Positions 11,321 through 23,131 of a stretch of DNA of 64,000 bases are shown here, piece by piece. The notes below the pieces were generated by a model that saw nothing but the letters and a program-made list of their open reading frames with translations, was not told the origin of the DNA and searched no databases. This DNA comes from Selaginella moellendorffii (Eukaryota; Plantae; Lycopodiophyta), in the NCBI RefSeq assembly GCF_000143415.4, contig NW_003314270.1:1915048-1979047 (forward strand). Direction: 5' to 3'. A program made the position numbers and the translations under genes. The first letter of the stretch is position 1. Each line of letters starts with the position of its first letter.

Positions 11321-11806
11321 TTAACATGGTTTTGTGCAGTGAATCGGCGATGATGGCACTGAATCCAGCCGGCCTGCAATTGTGTTACGAGTTGGAGGAG
11401 GGCCTGGAATGATCTTTCCATTTGAAGGAGTTCCAGATCTCACAGCTTGTTTGGTGTCAATGCTTGGAGGAGATCCATTTTCGAATGCACTAACGTGTTT
11501 TGGTCCTGGGTGGATAGGCGAGCTCCTCCGTTTGATCACTGCTGGGAGTATACTTTCTTTATTCACTGCTGGGTGTATAGGCGAGCTCTTTCCTTTGAGC
11601 ACTGTTGTCGCTACCGGGATCTCGAGATTGTAAGCCTGCGAGAGCTGGACCGTGAAATCCTGCAAGAGTTTACGATGATGCCGTGCTCCTGCTTCATCAG
11701 CAGAAGAAACGAGAGAAGCAGCGGAAGCTCCAACTTGTTCCTGGTGGATCTCTCCAGCCAGGAGCAGCAGCAGCAGCAGCAGCTGGAAGATCAGACGAGT
11801 CTCCAT
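11321..11806 (-). CDS. Secreted Pro/Ser-rich peptide-precursor-like protein, 161 aa, with repeated SSPIH motifs
   Basis: Signal peptide (METRLIFQLLLLLLLLAG), RKLL motif, three SSPIH motifs, intronless, TATA-like TGTATAAAA at ~11995. Confidence 0.7.
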   Translation of the reverse strand: METRLIFQLLLLLLLLAGEIHQEQVGASAASLVSSADEAGARHHRKLLQDFTVQLSQAYNLEIPVATTVLKGKSSPIHPAVNKESILPAVIKRRSSPIHPGPKHVSAFENGSPPSIDTKQAVRSGTPSNGKIIPGPPPTRNTIAGRLDSVPSSPIHCTKPC

Positions 11807-12419
11807 GCTCCGACACTTCCGAGTGCTTTTGCTTTGATCTCCTCCAACTCTTCTTCCTGCTCAAATGGGATCGCTTTCTCTCTCCAACTTTTGCTAGACT
11901 TCCAGTTCCAATGGGATCGCAACTTTTGCTCTTCCCGTTCCAATGGGATCGCTTCTTCTCACTTGGAGATACCCCAGCTTCATTAATGGCTTTTATACAC
12001 GGTTATTCCTCTCCATCCGTCCCGGAAAAACTTTGAAAAATCATCCGTCAAAAACACGCTCTTTCGTTTGAACGAGAGTCTCGTTCCCTCCCGGTGAAAC
12101 AAAAACATTCCTGAACTTTGAATCCTCGCCTACGAACGAAAGTAACAAGGCGACGTATGGAAGTTGTAGAGCAAAACGGAGAAGTTTCCAGCCCGTGTAA
12201 GTCAAGTCCAACTCTCGCTACTTCTTTCCCCGATGCTGCCCAAAAGATCCGGCTCGTATGGCCGTATGCAGTCTAGGCATATGTCGTCAGCATGGTGTTC
12301 CACGTCACTAGGCTCCCGTGCAGTGCTCTGGCCATTTGTGGTCGCATTCATTGGAACCCTAAAGTTTCATGGTTATTGATCACATTGTTTCTTCCGAGAT
12401 TTTTGGACAACGAGAATGT

Positions 12420-13110
12420 GAACGAGGGGGTTCTCCACGGGGTTTGAATCCGTTTGGCGACATCAAGGACGTGACAATGCCCCTGGATCAAGGGACGATG
12501 CGACGGCGGCCATGGACAACATGCACAACTCGGAGCTCTTTCGCAAACTGTTGACGGTGAATTACGCGCAGCCCATGAAGATCAAGGGAAGAGAACAGGG
12601 CTGGGCATCTCAACCAAGTGAGTTTTCTCTTCCATTTCCCTTCTTTCTCGTTTTTTTTTTTTTTTTGCGTTAGATTTCATCTTCATAGAGTATATGGATT
12701 TGCTGAAGATTTTTCTTTTAGTTCTTCATTCCTAAACGAAGTCAGTTGTTTTACTTCTCTTGCCTTTGGTTCACTTGTTTGTCAGTTCTTTCTCTAAACT
12801 ATTACTTTTCTTCTTGTCTCTTTGATTTTTCTTTGCTATTTGTTCCACGACAGCTTCGTCTTACCTTGTTGATTTGGAATTCTATCTTTGCAGTTTGGGC
12901 CGATGCCGATACATGGTTTGAGCGAAAACAGCGGGAGCTAGAGATGAAGAAGCTCAAGGCCGAGCAGGATGCCACGGTCAAGGAGGCGCAAGAGGCCGAG
13001 AGGAAGAAGCTCTTGGATGCCCTCGAGGGAGAACCGGAAGAGCCTGAAATTACCATGCCTGTAGATCCTGCAATCTTGCAAGAAACGCAAGAAGTGGAGG
13101 TCCTTTGGTA
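12420..13110 (+). pseudogene. RRM protein (cyclophilin-E-type RRM, At1g13690-like) pseudogene
   Basis: PFGDIKDVTMPLDQGT|DATAAMDNMHNSELFRKLLTVNYAQPMKIKGREQGWASQP/VWADADTWFERKQRE. The RNP1 segment is deleted with a frameshift and the N-terminus is missing. Confidence 0.8.
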
Positions 13111-13607
13111 TGCTTTCTTTTCTCTCGTGTCCTTGGTCTTTCCCTTACAGAGCAAAATAGTGTGCAGAAATCTGGAACTGGAGGTAGTTTGATCTATAAG
13201 GAAATCTTTCTAGTTATACAGTGTTGATGTTTTAGGAAAAAACAAGATTGAAACAAGGAACTAGAGAAGAAAAATCTATGAGCAGGATAATTGTAAAACT
13301 GGATTGAAGCAACCGAACAAAAGTTTGTTTGCGTGGCTCTTAAAGAAATAGATTGAAAGACAAGAAAGTGGTTTTCTCTCTTTCCTAAGTTCTATAGTCT
13401 TGTGATCAAGAAACTATTTTACAAGAAGGATACAAAGCATGCCCACTTTTTGTGTTTCTTGCATGATCACAGGATCTAGAGGTATGGTAACTTCGGGCTC
13501 TTTCTTCCACTTCTCCCTCCATTTGCAGGCCGGCCGATTCAGTAAGTGACCCTATAAATAAACTGTTTTTCTCTAACAAAGAATCAGAGTTTAGTGTTTA
13601 GTGCCGT

Positions 13608-13987
13608 TTAACATGTTTTCGTTTTATTGACGCAATGAATCTGTGGCCTTGAATGCAGCCAGCCTGCAAATGTGTTACGAGTTGGAGGAGGGCCTGGAAC
13701 GATCTTTCCATTTGAAGGAGTTCCAGATCTCACAGCTTGTTTGGTGCCAATGCTTGGAGGAGATCCATTTTCGAATGCACTAACGTGTTTTGGTCCTGGG
13801 TGGATAGGCGAGCTCCTCCGTTTGATCACTGCTGGGAGTATAGGTGAGCTCTTTCCTTTGAGCACTGTTGTCACCACCGGGATCTCGAGATTGTAAGTCT
13901 GCGAGAGTTGGACCATGGAATCCTGCAAGAATTTATGATGATGCAGTGCTCGTGCTTCATAAGCAGAAGAAACGAGAGAAGCAGCAG
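13608..13987 (-). pseudogene. Truncated duplicate of the SSPIH peptide precursor
   Basis: Collinear with 11321-11720 but lacks the signal peptide exon sequence and one repeat, and has a frameshift near the RKLL motif. The 3' flank 13245-13600 duplicates 10915-11300. Confidence 0.75.
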
Positions 13988-14012
13988 GTTTAATCTCTTA
14001 TCTCCTCTTTGC

Positions 14013-14105
14013 AGGGAATGTCCTCCGAAGCTCAAGGGGGCCATCGCCAGTTTGATTTATGCTGGACCAAGGTGTCCTGATTTGGCAGAGTTGCTAGAGA
14101 TACAA
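14013..14105 (+). pseudogene. IST1-like (Vps4 regulator) single-exon fragment
   Basis: After a TTTGCAG acceptor: ECPPKLKGAIASLIYAGPRCPDLAELLEI, matching the plant IST1-like motif. Confidence 0.65.
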
Positions 14106-14667
14106 TTGATTTTGTATCTCACATCACCTCCAAAAGGTTGGTTTTTTGGCCGTGGATAAACCAGCATTTTAAACTAACATCCTGATGTTGGTTTGGAACG
14201 TTGGTTTCATACATGGTCACTCTTGGTTTTTAAGCAATTAAAACTATTTGTGTTTTGGAAGGACAAAAATGGGGTGGTTTTATTGCATGTTTAGTTTCTC
14301 ATTTACAAGGAAAGGATCAACTTTTGAGGGGACAACCTTTTGGATTCTTTTGAGTTGATTTTTATGCCTCAACTTGTTGATACATTGTTTTATACCATAT
14401 TCATATTGGTTTATGGGATTTTACATTAGTTTATAAATGGATCTTTGTGTTAATTATTAGAAATGATTTTTGATTGAGTTTCAATTTGCATTTAGAACCA
14501 TTAGAAAAGGTCAAAATTATGTCATAAATTATTTTCCTTGTTTTTAAGAAGTTTTTAAAAATTGGATGCTTTATTAAGCTTGTTTTTGCATTGACGTCTC
14601 ACAAGAGGGCATTGTCACAACTTGGGGTCTACTGGAAGATACATCTTATAGGGCTTACAATTCGGAG

Positions 14668-14780
14668 CATACGCGAGCCCTCAACTTCCACAAATTATGA
14701 CGTCCACTCCTCCACTTTGGGAAGATGGCAGGCTTCTTTATCCATAGGACAATTACAACGTTCACTCCTCCAGTTTGGGA
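14668..14780 (-). pseudogene. U1 snRNA pseudogene fragments (3' half only, partly doubled)
   Basis: Stem III/Sm region present. 5' splice-site-binding end, stems I-II and most of the promoter are absent. Confidence 0.8.
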
Positions 14781-14845
14781 CGGCCAGTGCTTAATAGAGT
14801 AAATATAGTCATTCCACGCTTGGGAGGATATCCTTCGGTCAAAGA

Positions 14846-16342
14846 CTAGCCACGGGTCAAAAGGTCAACATCTTGACCGGCCAGCCCCTTCTCCAGCATG
14901 AGATCCACGGCCTCTTGCGGCCGGCCCTCGCGGAAGTAGAGGCCCGCTACTACCATGAATGGCTCTGCGCAACCGCTGGGATCCAGCCTGACTATCTCCT
15001 CCGCCACTCGCCTTGCCCGGGCGCTGTCCCGACGGATCTTACACACGTCGAGGAGCAGCTTCCACGCTGAGGCCGGGGCCACGAACGGCATGCTTGCTGC
15101 AAGATCCTCGGCATCTCCCAGCTCTGATCGGCTCGTCAGCATTGCCAGGATCGCGCAGTAGTGCTCCACTCTCGGCCGGATGCCGTAGTCCGAGGCCATG
15201 TCGCGGATGATCCCCGCCGCATCGTCCAGGCACCCGAGCCAAGAATGCGCGCTAAGAACCGCCGAGAGGACCACCTGATCCGGCATCAGCTGCCCCGAGC
15301 AATTCTCCCAGTGGAAAATCTCCAGCGCTTGCCCCGCGAGATTGTTCATGGTGCACCCCTCCATGATAGACGCCCAGGTGACGGTGCTCCTCACCAGCAT
15401 CGCGTCGAACAGCTCCTTTGCCTCAACCAGGTGCCCGTTACGGGCATACGCAACGATCAGGGTGTTGCATGCGTCGACAGTCACCCGGGGCAAATTGTCG
15501 AAGGCTGTACGGGCCTCCGCCACCATGCCGTGGTCTCCGTACGCCCTGATCATGGCCACCCACGTCCCCCGCGTCGTCTCCGGCATCAAGTTGGCGGCCT
15601 TGACGCACTCGGCAAGATGCCCTGCCTGGGCATATGCCTGCGCGAGCGAGTTCCAGCTCCCGGAAGTCCTGGCGGGCATGTAATCGAACAGCTCCTTCGC
15701 TGCCGCCACATTTCCTGCCCGAGCGAATGCTGCTAGAACCGCATTTGCGGCAATGGAATCCGAGGCTGGGACGCTCTGGAGCATCTCGCTGGCCTCGTCG
15801 ACCAGGCCGTTTCTCGCGTACGCAATGAGCAGCAAGCTCCACCCGAGGGCCTTTTTGTGCGGCATCCAGTTGTAGATCTCGCTCGCCTCCGCCACCTTGC
15901 CGTAGCGGGCGTACGCCGCCATCATCTGGATCCACCACGACGACTTTGCTCGAGGGAGAGATGAGAAGACCCGCCGGGCATCCTCCAAATGCCCGTTGTT
16001 CACGTAGGCCTCAAAGATCGCCCGGTATGCCTCGTTCCTTGGGTGGCGAATGGCGTCAAACACTTGGCGGGCTTCCTCCACGCCACCCCACTTTCCAAAT
16101 GCCTGGATCGTCACGTTCTTGAGCTCGCGGTTGTCTCGGGTGTGAGTTTGCGTGCAGATGATCTCGTATATCCGCCTCACCTCGAGCAAGTTGTCAGCCT
16201 CCAAGAGCCTGGTGGTGAGTGCCTCCACCTCGGCCTCTGGGTTTCCATACAGTCTGTAGATCCTGCGCAGTCGAATTGCTGCGCGTTTTATCCGCCCCTC
16301 CTCGCTGAGGGGCTTTCCCATCTTCTTCCGGAAGATCCCCAT
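14846..16342 (-). CDS. PLS-class PPR protein with E domain, no DYW (498 aa)
   Basis: ~31-aa repeats (…FD.MP….W..++.AY..NG), then DYGIRPRVEHYCAIL…MPFVA…WKLLL. Confidence 0.9.
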   Translation of the reverse strand: MGIFRKKMGKPLSEEGRIKRAAIRLRRIYRLYGNPEAEVEALTTRLLEADNLLEVRRIYEIICTQTHTRDNRELKNVTIQAFGKWGGVEEARQVFDAIRHPRNEAYRAIFEAYVNNGHLEDARRVFSSLPRAKSSWWIQMMAAYARYGKVAEASEIYNWMPHKKALGWSLLLIAYARNGLVDEASEMLQSVPASDSIAANAVLAAFARAGNVAAAKELFDYMPARTSGSWNSLAQAYAQAGHLAECVKAANLMPETTRGTWVAMIRAYGDHGMVAEARTAFDNLPRVTVDACNTLIVAYARNGHLVEAKELFDAMLVRSTVTWASIMEGCTMNNLAGQALEIFHWENCSGQLMPDQVVLSAVLSAHSWLGCLDDAAGIIRDMASDYGIRPRVEHYCAILAMLTSRSELGDAEDLAASMPFVAPASAWKLLLDVCKIRRDSARARRVAEEIVRLDPSGCAEPFMVVAGLYFREGRPQEAVDLMLEKGLAGQDVDLLTRG

Positions 16343-16451
16343 AGCTCAAGAAACTTTCGAAGCCGCAAACTCTCTCGATCATGAAGATACTTCAATCGTT
16401 CGCAAACATGACGAGCAAAAGGCACACACAAACAATGCATCACTGAGACTT

Positions 16452-16524
16452 CGCCGACCGTGGGGTTCGAACCCACGACCACAAGGTTAAGAGCCTTGCG
16501 CTCTACCAGCTGAGCTAGGCCGGC
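16452..16524 (-). tRNA. tRNA-Lys(CTT)
   Basis: GCCGGCCTAGCTCAGCTGGTAGAGCGCAAGGCTCTTAACCTTGTGGTCGTGGGTTCGAACCCCACGGTCGGCG folds as a cloverleaf with anticodon CTT. Confidence 0.95.
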
Positions 16525-16555
16525 TAATATTAATGGTTTCATAGCAAGAGCTTTT

Positions 16556-16740
16556 CGGTAATTGAAAGCAGGGATGGTCGCATTAGTTCGAGTGTCAACT
16601 CTCGTAAGTTGCTTAGAAAACCTGACATGGTAGATCTTGCAGGCTCAGAGCGTATTGGAGCTGGTGGTGTTCGACTCGAAGACGGGACGCACAAACAAAT
16701 CCGACACTTGGAACTGTTATCAGCAAGCTAAGTGACGGTT
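16556..16740 (+). pseudogene. Kinesin-7 fragment copied from 26881-27130
   Basis: GGTAATTGAAAGCAGGGA…GTGTCAACTCTCGTAAGT…GTAGATCTTGCAGGCTC, with multiple deletions. Confidence 0.85.
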
Positions 16741-16919
16741 TTTTGTGTGGAGAAATGTGCGCGGCTATCGATCGGGCACTCCAAGATCTACCAGGTACAA
16801 TGTAGCAGTCAAGGATCGGAGCAAGTTCGTCTAGCTCCGTCGCGAACAAGCTCAAGGTAATTTTCTTCCTTTCGTAGGCTGACAAGCTACAAATCCAAAG
16901 CGAGTTACGATTTTTTTCT

Positions 16920-17430
16920 CTCTCCGATTTGTGTCCCACCCAAAGCTTAAACGCTTCCACAGCGCGTCTTCTCTCGGCCGTGTTGGCCTTCCTGTGCTTG
17001 CTGGTGTAGAGATTCGCGTAGAGCTCCACGTACAATCGCTTGTACTTGGCCTTGGCTCTCCCCGGGTGGCTTCCCTGCCGATCCATGCAGTCCACCACCT
17101 GGAGCGCGAGCTGAGAGTATCCTCCTCGCACGAACGACACCACTGATCGAGGGTTTATCTCTTTGCAGAGAAGGATGTAGTCCTCAACTTGCATGTCCAA
17201 AAACGTACTTCGTCACAAAATGCTTAGCCATGGAACTGGCCGCGTTGCTTCTCTCGTCTCCATCAAAGGATTCGTACATGGTGTCCATTTTCCCTGGCCG
17301 TGAGAAAATCATAGAAGTCATTTCGTCTTTGTCGTAGATGGGATTCACTCGCTTCTTGATGTCCCTAAGATCACTGCCCCGCTCCGAGAATCTGGGAAGT
17401 GTGCGACAACCAATCCGGCACAAAAGCACA
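16920..17430 (-). pseudogene. P-class PPR gene 3' fragment (At4g17616-like C-terminus)
   Basis: SFVRGGYSQLALQVVDCM…KYKRLYVELYANLY…RRRAVEAFKLWVG, frameshifted and truncated. Confidence 0.55.
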
Positions 17431-17587
17431 GCCCCATGCCCCAGTCCACTCTTAGAGCAAACCGGAATTATTTAAAATGAGATATATTTAGCATGTAGAT
17501 TAAGTTTTATACAAAGGCAGGATATAAAACGCAGAAGAAAATCTACTAATTCTGCAATTGTGCAACCATTTTGTAATTTGGAAACAC

Positions 17588-18090
17588 ATGGCTCAGGTTC
17601 ATGCCAAGGGTAATCAACAGCATCGCAGTTCCAACAATCTGCTTTGGATGGCAACAATACCAACAAGATCAAGCCTGGCCAAGGAGTAAAAACAACAACA
17701 ATAACTTTGCGGCTTCAGCCAGATTGTCAATGTGTGTTATTTGCACACCTTCAATTCTGCTCAATGACAAATGGTTGATATCTCACGCAAATCTGGTTTT
17801 CTTTTCTTATTCACACGGAGAAGGGTTTTTTGCGGCCTACAACAAGCACGAGGGGATTTTCCGACTATCTGGATAGAGGACTCTCGTTTGATTCTCGGGT
17901 TGCTCGCTGTAGTCTTCAATCTGGTCCAAGGGATACCATGGAAAATAATTTTTTCTCACCTGTTCCGTTTCAGTGAAAATACGGACCTACGCGCCAGCAG
18001 TTGATGCAGCAGCCCGCAAGGCAGCCCGAGCCGATTGACAGAGTCTGCTCAACGGTAGTGCGGCCGAGGAGATGATTCGAGAGGACCGCA
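17588..18090 (+). pseudogene. Strongly deleted type A small-protein copy plus MAT1 remnants
   Basis: ATGGCTCAGGTTCATGC…TGCTTTGGATGG…TTTGCGGCTTCAGCCAGATTGTCAATG, followed by MAT1 pieces (CTACAACAAGC.., GTCTTCAATCTGGTCCAAGG, GATGCAGCAGCC). Confidence 0.75.
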
Positions 18091-18609
18091 CAGAATGGCC
18101 TTTCTAGAACGTCTATAGATCAAAGATTGCTCCGCCTGTTTCACTCTCTCTCAAGGACTTACATGGCATTTGTATATTTCCACTCCCGTCGGCATCCGTC
18201 CGTCAAACGACTGTGGTCTTTTTGGCACTCTTTTGACCGGCACACTCCCATCCGGCTACATTTTTCTTTGACTGGCACACTCCCATTTGACTACATTTTC
18301 TCTTGTTGTGGGAGTTCTTGGTGGAGACGGTGCACGTTGGTGCCGGAAGATAGTTGGAGGATGTAGATGTGTATAAAACCAAATGGGCTTTTCTGGTAGC
18401 TCTTGATTGTTTCAAATCGGCATGTGATTTAGCATCGAAAGATTTCTACAGGTGAGAAGGCTCACTAGCACCACATTTTCAAGCAATTCAGCAAAGCAAT
18501 TTTGTTTCTGTGCGTAGAATCCCAACTACCTATAGCCAAATTTGCACAAGCTACGTTAAAGAAACACAAACCGTGTTAAAGATAGACATCTTAGATATTT
18601 TTAATTCGG

Positions 18610-18769
18610 AGAGGGCCGCGCGTACGCGAGCCCTCAACTTCCACAAATTACGACGTCCACTCCTCCACTTTGGGAAGATGGTAAGCCGGCCAAGCCGTAG
18701 TGCAATGGGAAGGCCGTACCTAGGCCATTGGCCTTCATGATCACCAATAGACCCCGTCCAGGTAAGTAT
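18610..18769 (-). ncRNA. U1: U1 snRNA, copy 2
   Basis: All U1 motifs intact. TATA ~18795, USE ~18830-18839. Confidence 0.95.
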
Positions 18770-18869
18770 GGATTACTTCCATAGGCCCTATGCTATATAC
18801 TGCTCTTGTGCCCTCATTCTGCGCCTCGGCATGTGGGATAGGGCAAAGATCCGGTGCAGCGTATCCTTT

Positions 18870-19550
18870 GGTCAAAGACCTAACCTGTCAAACGGTCAAC
18901 ATCTTTAGTCCATGCGGTGCTCGGATCTTACACCCGTCGCTTCCGTCAACGGAACGTCAAGGAGTGCCGGTGGCCCGGCATGGCCACGAACGGTATCGCA
19001 GTATCTGGTAGGGTTTGTTCCTCGTCAGCAGTGTGAGCAGCGCAGTAGTGCTCCACGCTCAGCCCCATGTCGCGGAGTTCTACTGGAGCCGAGAATGCCG
19101 TAAGAACCGATGAGAGGACCATGGTGCACGCGTCCATGATCGACATCCAGGTGATGGTGCGCCTACACCATGTTGCATGCTTCAACAGTCACTCAGATCA
19201 AATTGTCAAATATACCCCCTACTCATCTCGGGCATCAAGTTGGCGGCCTTGATGCACTTGGCAAGAAGACTTGGCAGCGATGGAATCCGATGGTGGCAAT
19301 GAGCAGCAGGCTGCGGCATCCAGTTGTAGATCTTGCTCGCCTCCGCCACCTTGCCATAGCCGGCGTAGCCCGCCATCATCTGGATCCACCACCAGGACTT
19401 TGCCCGAGGGAGAGACGAGAACATCCGCCTGGCGTCCTCCAAATGCACGTGGGCCTCGAAGATCACCCGGTATGCCACCTCGTTCCTTGGGTGGCAAATG
19501 GCACCCCAGTTTCCAAACGCCGCGTCGCAGAATATCTGCCTCACCTGCAT
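18870..19550 (-). pseudogene. Deleted copy of the 498-aa PLS-PPR
   Basis: Blocks collinear with 14846-16185, with large deletions and frameshifts. Confidence 0.85.
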
Positions 19551-20724
19551 CACTCACAAAAGGTATCCTCATTTTTTTAAGGGATAGCTAAATGATTTTC
19601 ATCACTCACAAAACCTTTTTCACTCAATTCAAATATTAAAATGGTTACGTTTGGAAAAGTGATTGAAGTGTCCACTACTGTTGATCTTCTTGGCCAAACG
19701 TTATTGCACAAAATTGCAATCTCCTTAAGCATGCTATTCTTGAGTAGTAGTCAAGCCCAACTCATATATGCCTTCAACAATTAGTGCACACCAGCCTAAA
19801 GTTAAGGAATCAGCCTCAATGTTGTAGCTTGGGTCTTACCATTCCCCTCAGTGTTGCCTATGTCACACATGAATGAGCTCTTCACCAACACCATGCAAAC
19901 TTGCATCCAAATACAAGCTCCACCATTCATGGAATTGGTAAAGGTGTTTGTTGAAACTGGGACTATAATCAGGAAGATGAGCATGAAGTGAGGGGTTAGA
20001 CACCATTAACCTGGGACCATCTATAGAGAAGTTGCTATTGTTTGTTCTTTTGCCAAAGGAAAGTGCCTTTCATTGTAACATGAGCAATCAGTAGAATAAC
20101 ATTCATAATGATTCTTTATCTTTAGCCTAGTTTGTGCAAATCTTTGTGAACATCTTCCTCTAAAGTGTTAAAAGACCTAGATTGCAAATCAATAGGATAT
20201 ACTCAATTGGCTGCATTGGGGGCACGACAGATGTTATACATCCACAGCTTCACAAAGGCATTTGTTGTCAAGGACACCATGTTAAGGAAGATAGTGTGCA
20301 AGAGAATGAAAATTTGGTTCTTTTGTCATGTGCGATAAGAGCAAAAGGTGAGAACATTGTGCTCTAGAGAAGCTACATTTGGTTTGCAACATGTTGAATG
20401 CATGGGATGTCTATGGGCCCAGGAATCAATTCGGCACTTTCCCCTAAACTCAGAGCTATGAAGAAATGGAAGAGCTTGTGTTCATTGAAGACATAGATGG
20501 GGCAGAGGGTCATGAATTTTACCTTTTCTGATGGTAGAGTGGACGTAGATTCTGCGGGTGTTCTCGGCTAACTCCATCTCTGTGAAGTGCGAGGAGCCAC
20601 CAACGGTCCGATGGAGAACTCTTGAACCAAGAAAAGAAGATGGTCTCAGCAAAGTGAAATTTCGAGCTGGATCTTCCAATGTCATTCGTCCCACAAGAGG
20701 TATGCTACTTTCTTTTAGGATGGC

Positions 20725-21530
20725 TCAATGTGAATGCTCTCGCCAGTGAGAATAGTCACGCTGAACCCCTCGCAATTTGCTGCAGCTCTTAGATGCTCGC
20801 CGGTTTGGATGCCGGGAAAAAGCCTCAGTAAGTGTTGTGTTGTTGCCTGCTGCTGGATGGTTTCTCACTCCGTTATTCTTCCTCTCAGCTGTGAGCATCG
20901 CGGTGGATGCTTGGAAGCTGGCCTTAACCGGGCGTTTCAGGCTGATCGGCCAGTGGTGTGAGTTTGTGCGAATGCACCATCGCCATGCTATTACCGAAGA
21001 TACCTGGCGACAAGTCCTGGAGTTTAGTAGGGTGGTGCACGAGGATTTGAGCAATTACGATCCAGAAGGTAGAGAAACTTCGCCCTTCGCGTGCTCTGGT
21101 CTAACTAACGTAGCTGCCGCCCCAGGTGCTTGGCCTGTTCTTGTCGACGAGTTTGTGGATCACATGTACAGGTAACACACGATAGTTCTCTTGCTGGAAA
21201 AGAATGGCCGTCCTCACAAAATCCTCCTGCCTTCAGAAGCTCGTCATGCTCTTGCATTGCGGAAGCCTGCGCTTGCGATACGAGTGCAGTGCTGAGCTCT
21301 TCGGAAGTTTTGGATGCTACCTCTCAATTGAACCGAGCGAATACACTACCAGGCAAGAAAACTCGCTACCACTATGATGTCTACAGATCTATCTCTCTTC
21401 ACAGGTATGGCTGCTACCGCCGGTAGTAAGAGGCGAAGGAAAGACACGAACGACGAGGTGTCTTTGTCGCGGCATTTGAAGCGTCTACTGCTGGAGAAAC
21501 CTCTGCTCATGTCCTCCGGTGGGTTTTGAC
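20725..21530 (+). pseudogene. DCN1-like (AAR3-type) 3' gene fragment
   Basis: DAWKLALTGRFRLIGQWCEFVRMHHRHAITEDTWRQVLEFSRVVHEDLSNYDPEGAWPVLVDEFVDHMY is the cullin-binding domain C-terminus. The 5' part is replaced by LINE sequence. Confidence 0.8.
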
Positions 21531-21751
21531 AGATGAAAGCTGTGTAGTAGAGAAATTCTTTTCAATGTACAAGCGAGCGATGATTCTTTTTCCGCATAGC
21601 ATTCGTGTGACCGAGAAACACGTGACAATAATGATCTAGACTCTATTCAAGTCAAAGTCTGGAGTCCTAACAACTCTCTATATTTCTTGGCTAGCAAGTT
21701 AGGACGAAGTATATAATGTGTGCCCTGAGAATTTCTTTCATTTGTTTTGGA

Positions 21752-21976
21752 ATGGCAGCAGGTGGAAACAGCATCAAGATGGACGAGCAACAAAAGGTTG
21801 CAAAGGTCGATTGTTTTGGATGGATGAGACAATGGAAATTCAAAGTAGCAAGCAAGGTGGAGAATTCGCAAGATTGGAGCAAGACTATGGAAAGCAGCAG
21901 TGAGTCAAAGAAAAAGAAAAAGGATGCAATTGTCGTTCCTCACTTCTCTTCCTCGCCAAGACTTCCACTCCTGTAA
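21752..21976 (+). CDS. Small protein type B, copy 2
   Basis: Intact ORF, one amino acid change (N>S) versus 7303..7527. Confidence 0.7.
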   Translation: MAAGGNSIKMDEQQKVAKVDCFGWMRQWKFKVASKVENSQDWSKTMESSSESKKKKKDAIVVPHFSSSPRLPLL

Positions 21977-23131
21977 TAGTAGAGAAAAGCTTCCAAATTG
22001 TTTGTTCTCCCTCCAAATATCTTCTCTGTTTTAAGATCTGGTACTCAGGATAAGTTGGTCAAGCTAGGATGAATGAGCAGCATCGTATCCATTTCCAGGA
22101 CACTTCGTTTGCATGCCGAGTCATTTCTTGGTTTGCACGGAAAGTTTTTTGGACAAGGATTGAAATCAGGAATTCGCAGCAACAGAGCGTAGAAAATCTA
22201 ATTCAGCCTTCACGCACGAAGACTATATCCTTTCTTCTCTCCAATTTGTGACTGGCTCAATGGAGTTAGTGCTTTGGATGGAGGAGTAGTCAACCCACAA
22301 TCTGAGTCCTGTTGATTGCCCTCACAATATCCAGAAGCTCGTCGTTCTCTTGCATCGCGGAAGCCTTCCGAGTGCCGTGATGAGCTCTTCGGAAGTTTTG
22401 GATGCTACCTACCGAGAGGCAGAGGAAAGACACGAACGACGAGGTGTCTTTGTCGCGGCATTTGAAGCGTCTACTACTAGAGAAACCTCTGCTCATGGGT
22501 TTTGATAACAAGACAATAATATGAAGCGAATTTTTTTTTCCACTGTTGTAATCTAGACTCTATTCAAATACAAAACGATCATTGATTTTGGAATGGCAGC
22601 AGGAGTTCAAGGTGGAAATACGGACGAGCAACAAGAGGTTGCAACGAGACAATGGAAATTGAAAGAAGTAGCAAGCAATGTGAGCAAGACTAGAAAATAA
22701 ATCTGTCATCTTGAACATTTGAATCTGTTCTAAATTTTGGTAGTCCATTCGTGTGAGGGATGTGATCCTCCCAAAAGCATGGAAATTTAAGATATGTCGA
22801 TTGAATACTGGACGTTAATCTTTTCAATCACATTAAAATTCCAATTAAAACTGTACGTGATAATTTTGCCCTTTGAAACTTTCAAGATATGTCATAACGT
22901 CACATCCCAACACATTCCAGGACACTTCATTTGCATGCCGAGTCTTTTGCTTGGTGTGCAAGGAAAGTCCCGTGGAAAGCTGGGATATAAAACACAGAGG
23001 ATAGGAAGCTTCACCGTCAAGAACTCGTAGCGACACAGTGTAGAAAATATAATTCCAGGCTCCAGGCACCAAGTCCATAACAATTCTGCAAATTCTTCAT
23101 TGTCGATTCTCCATATTGTGATTGGAAACCC

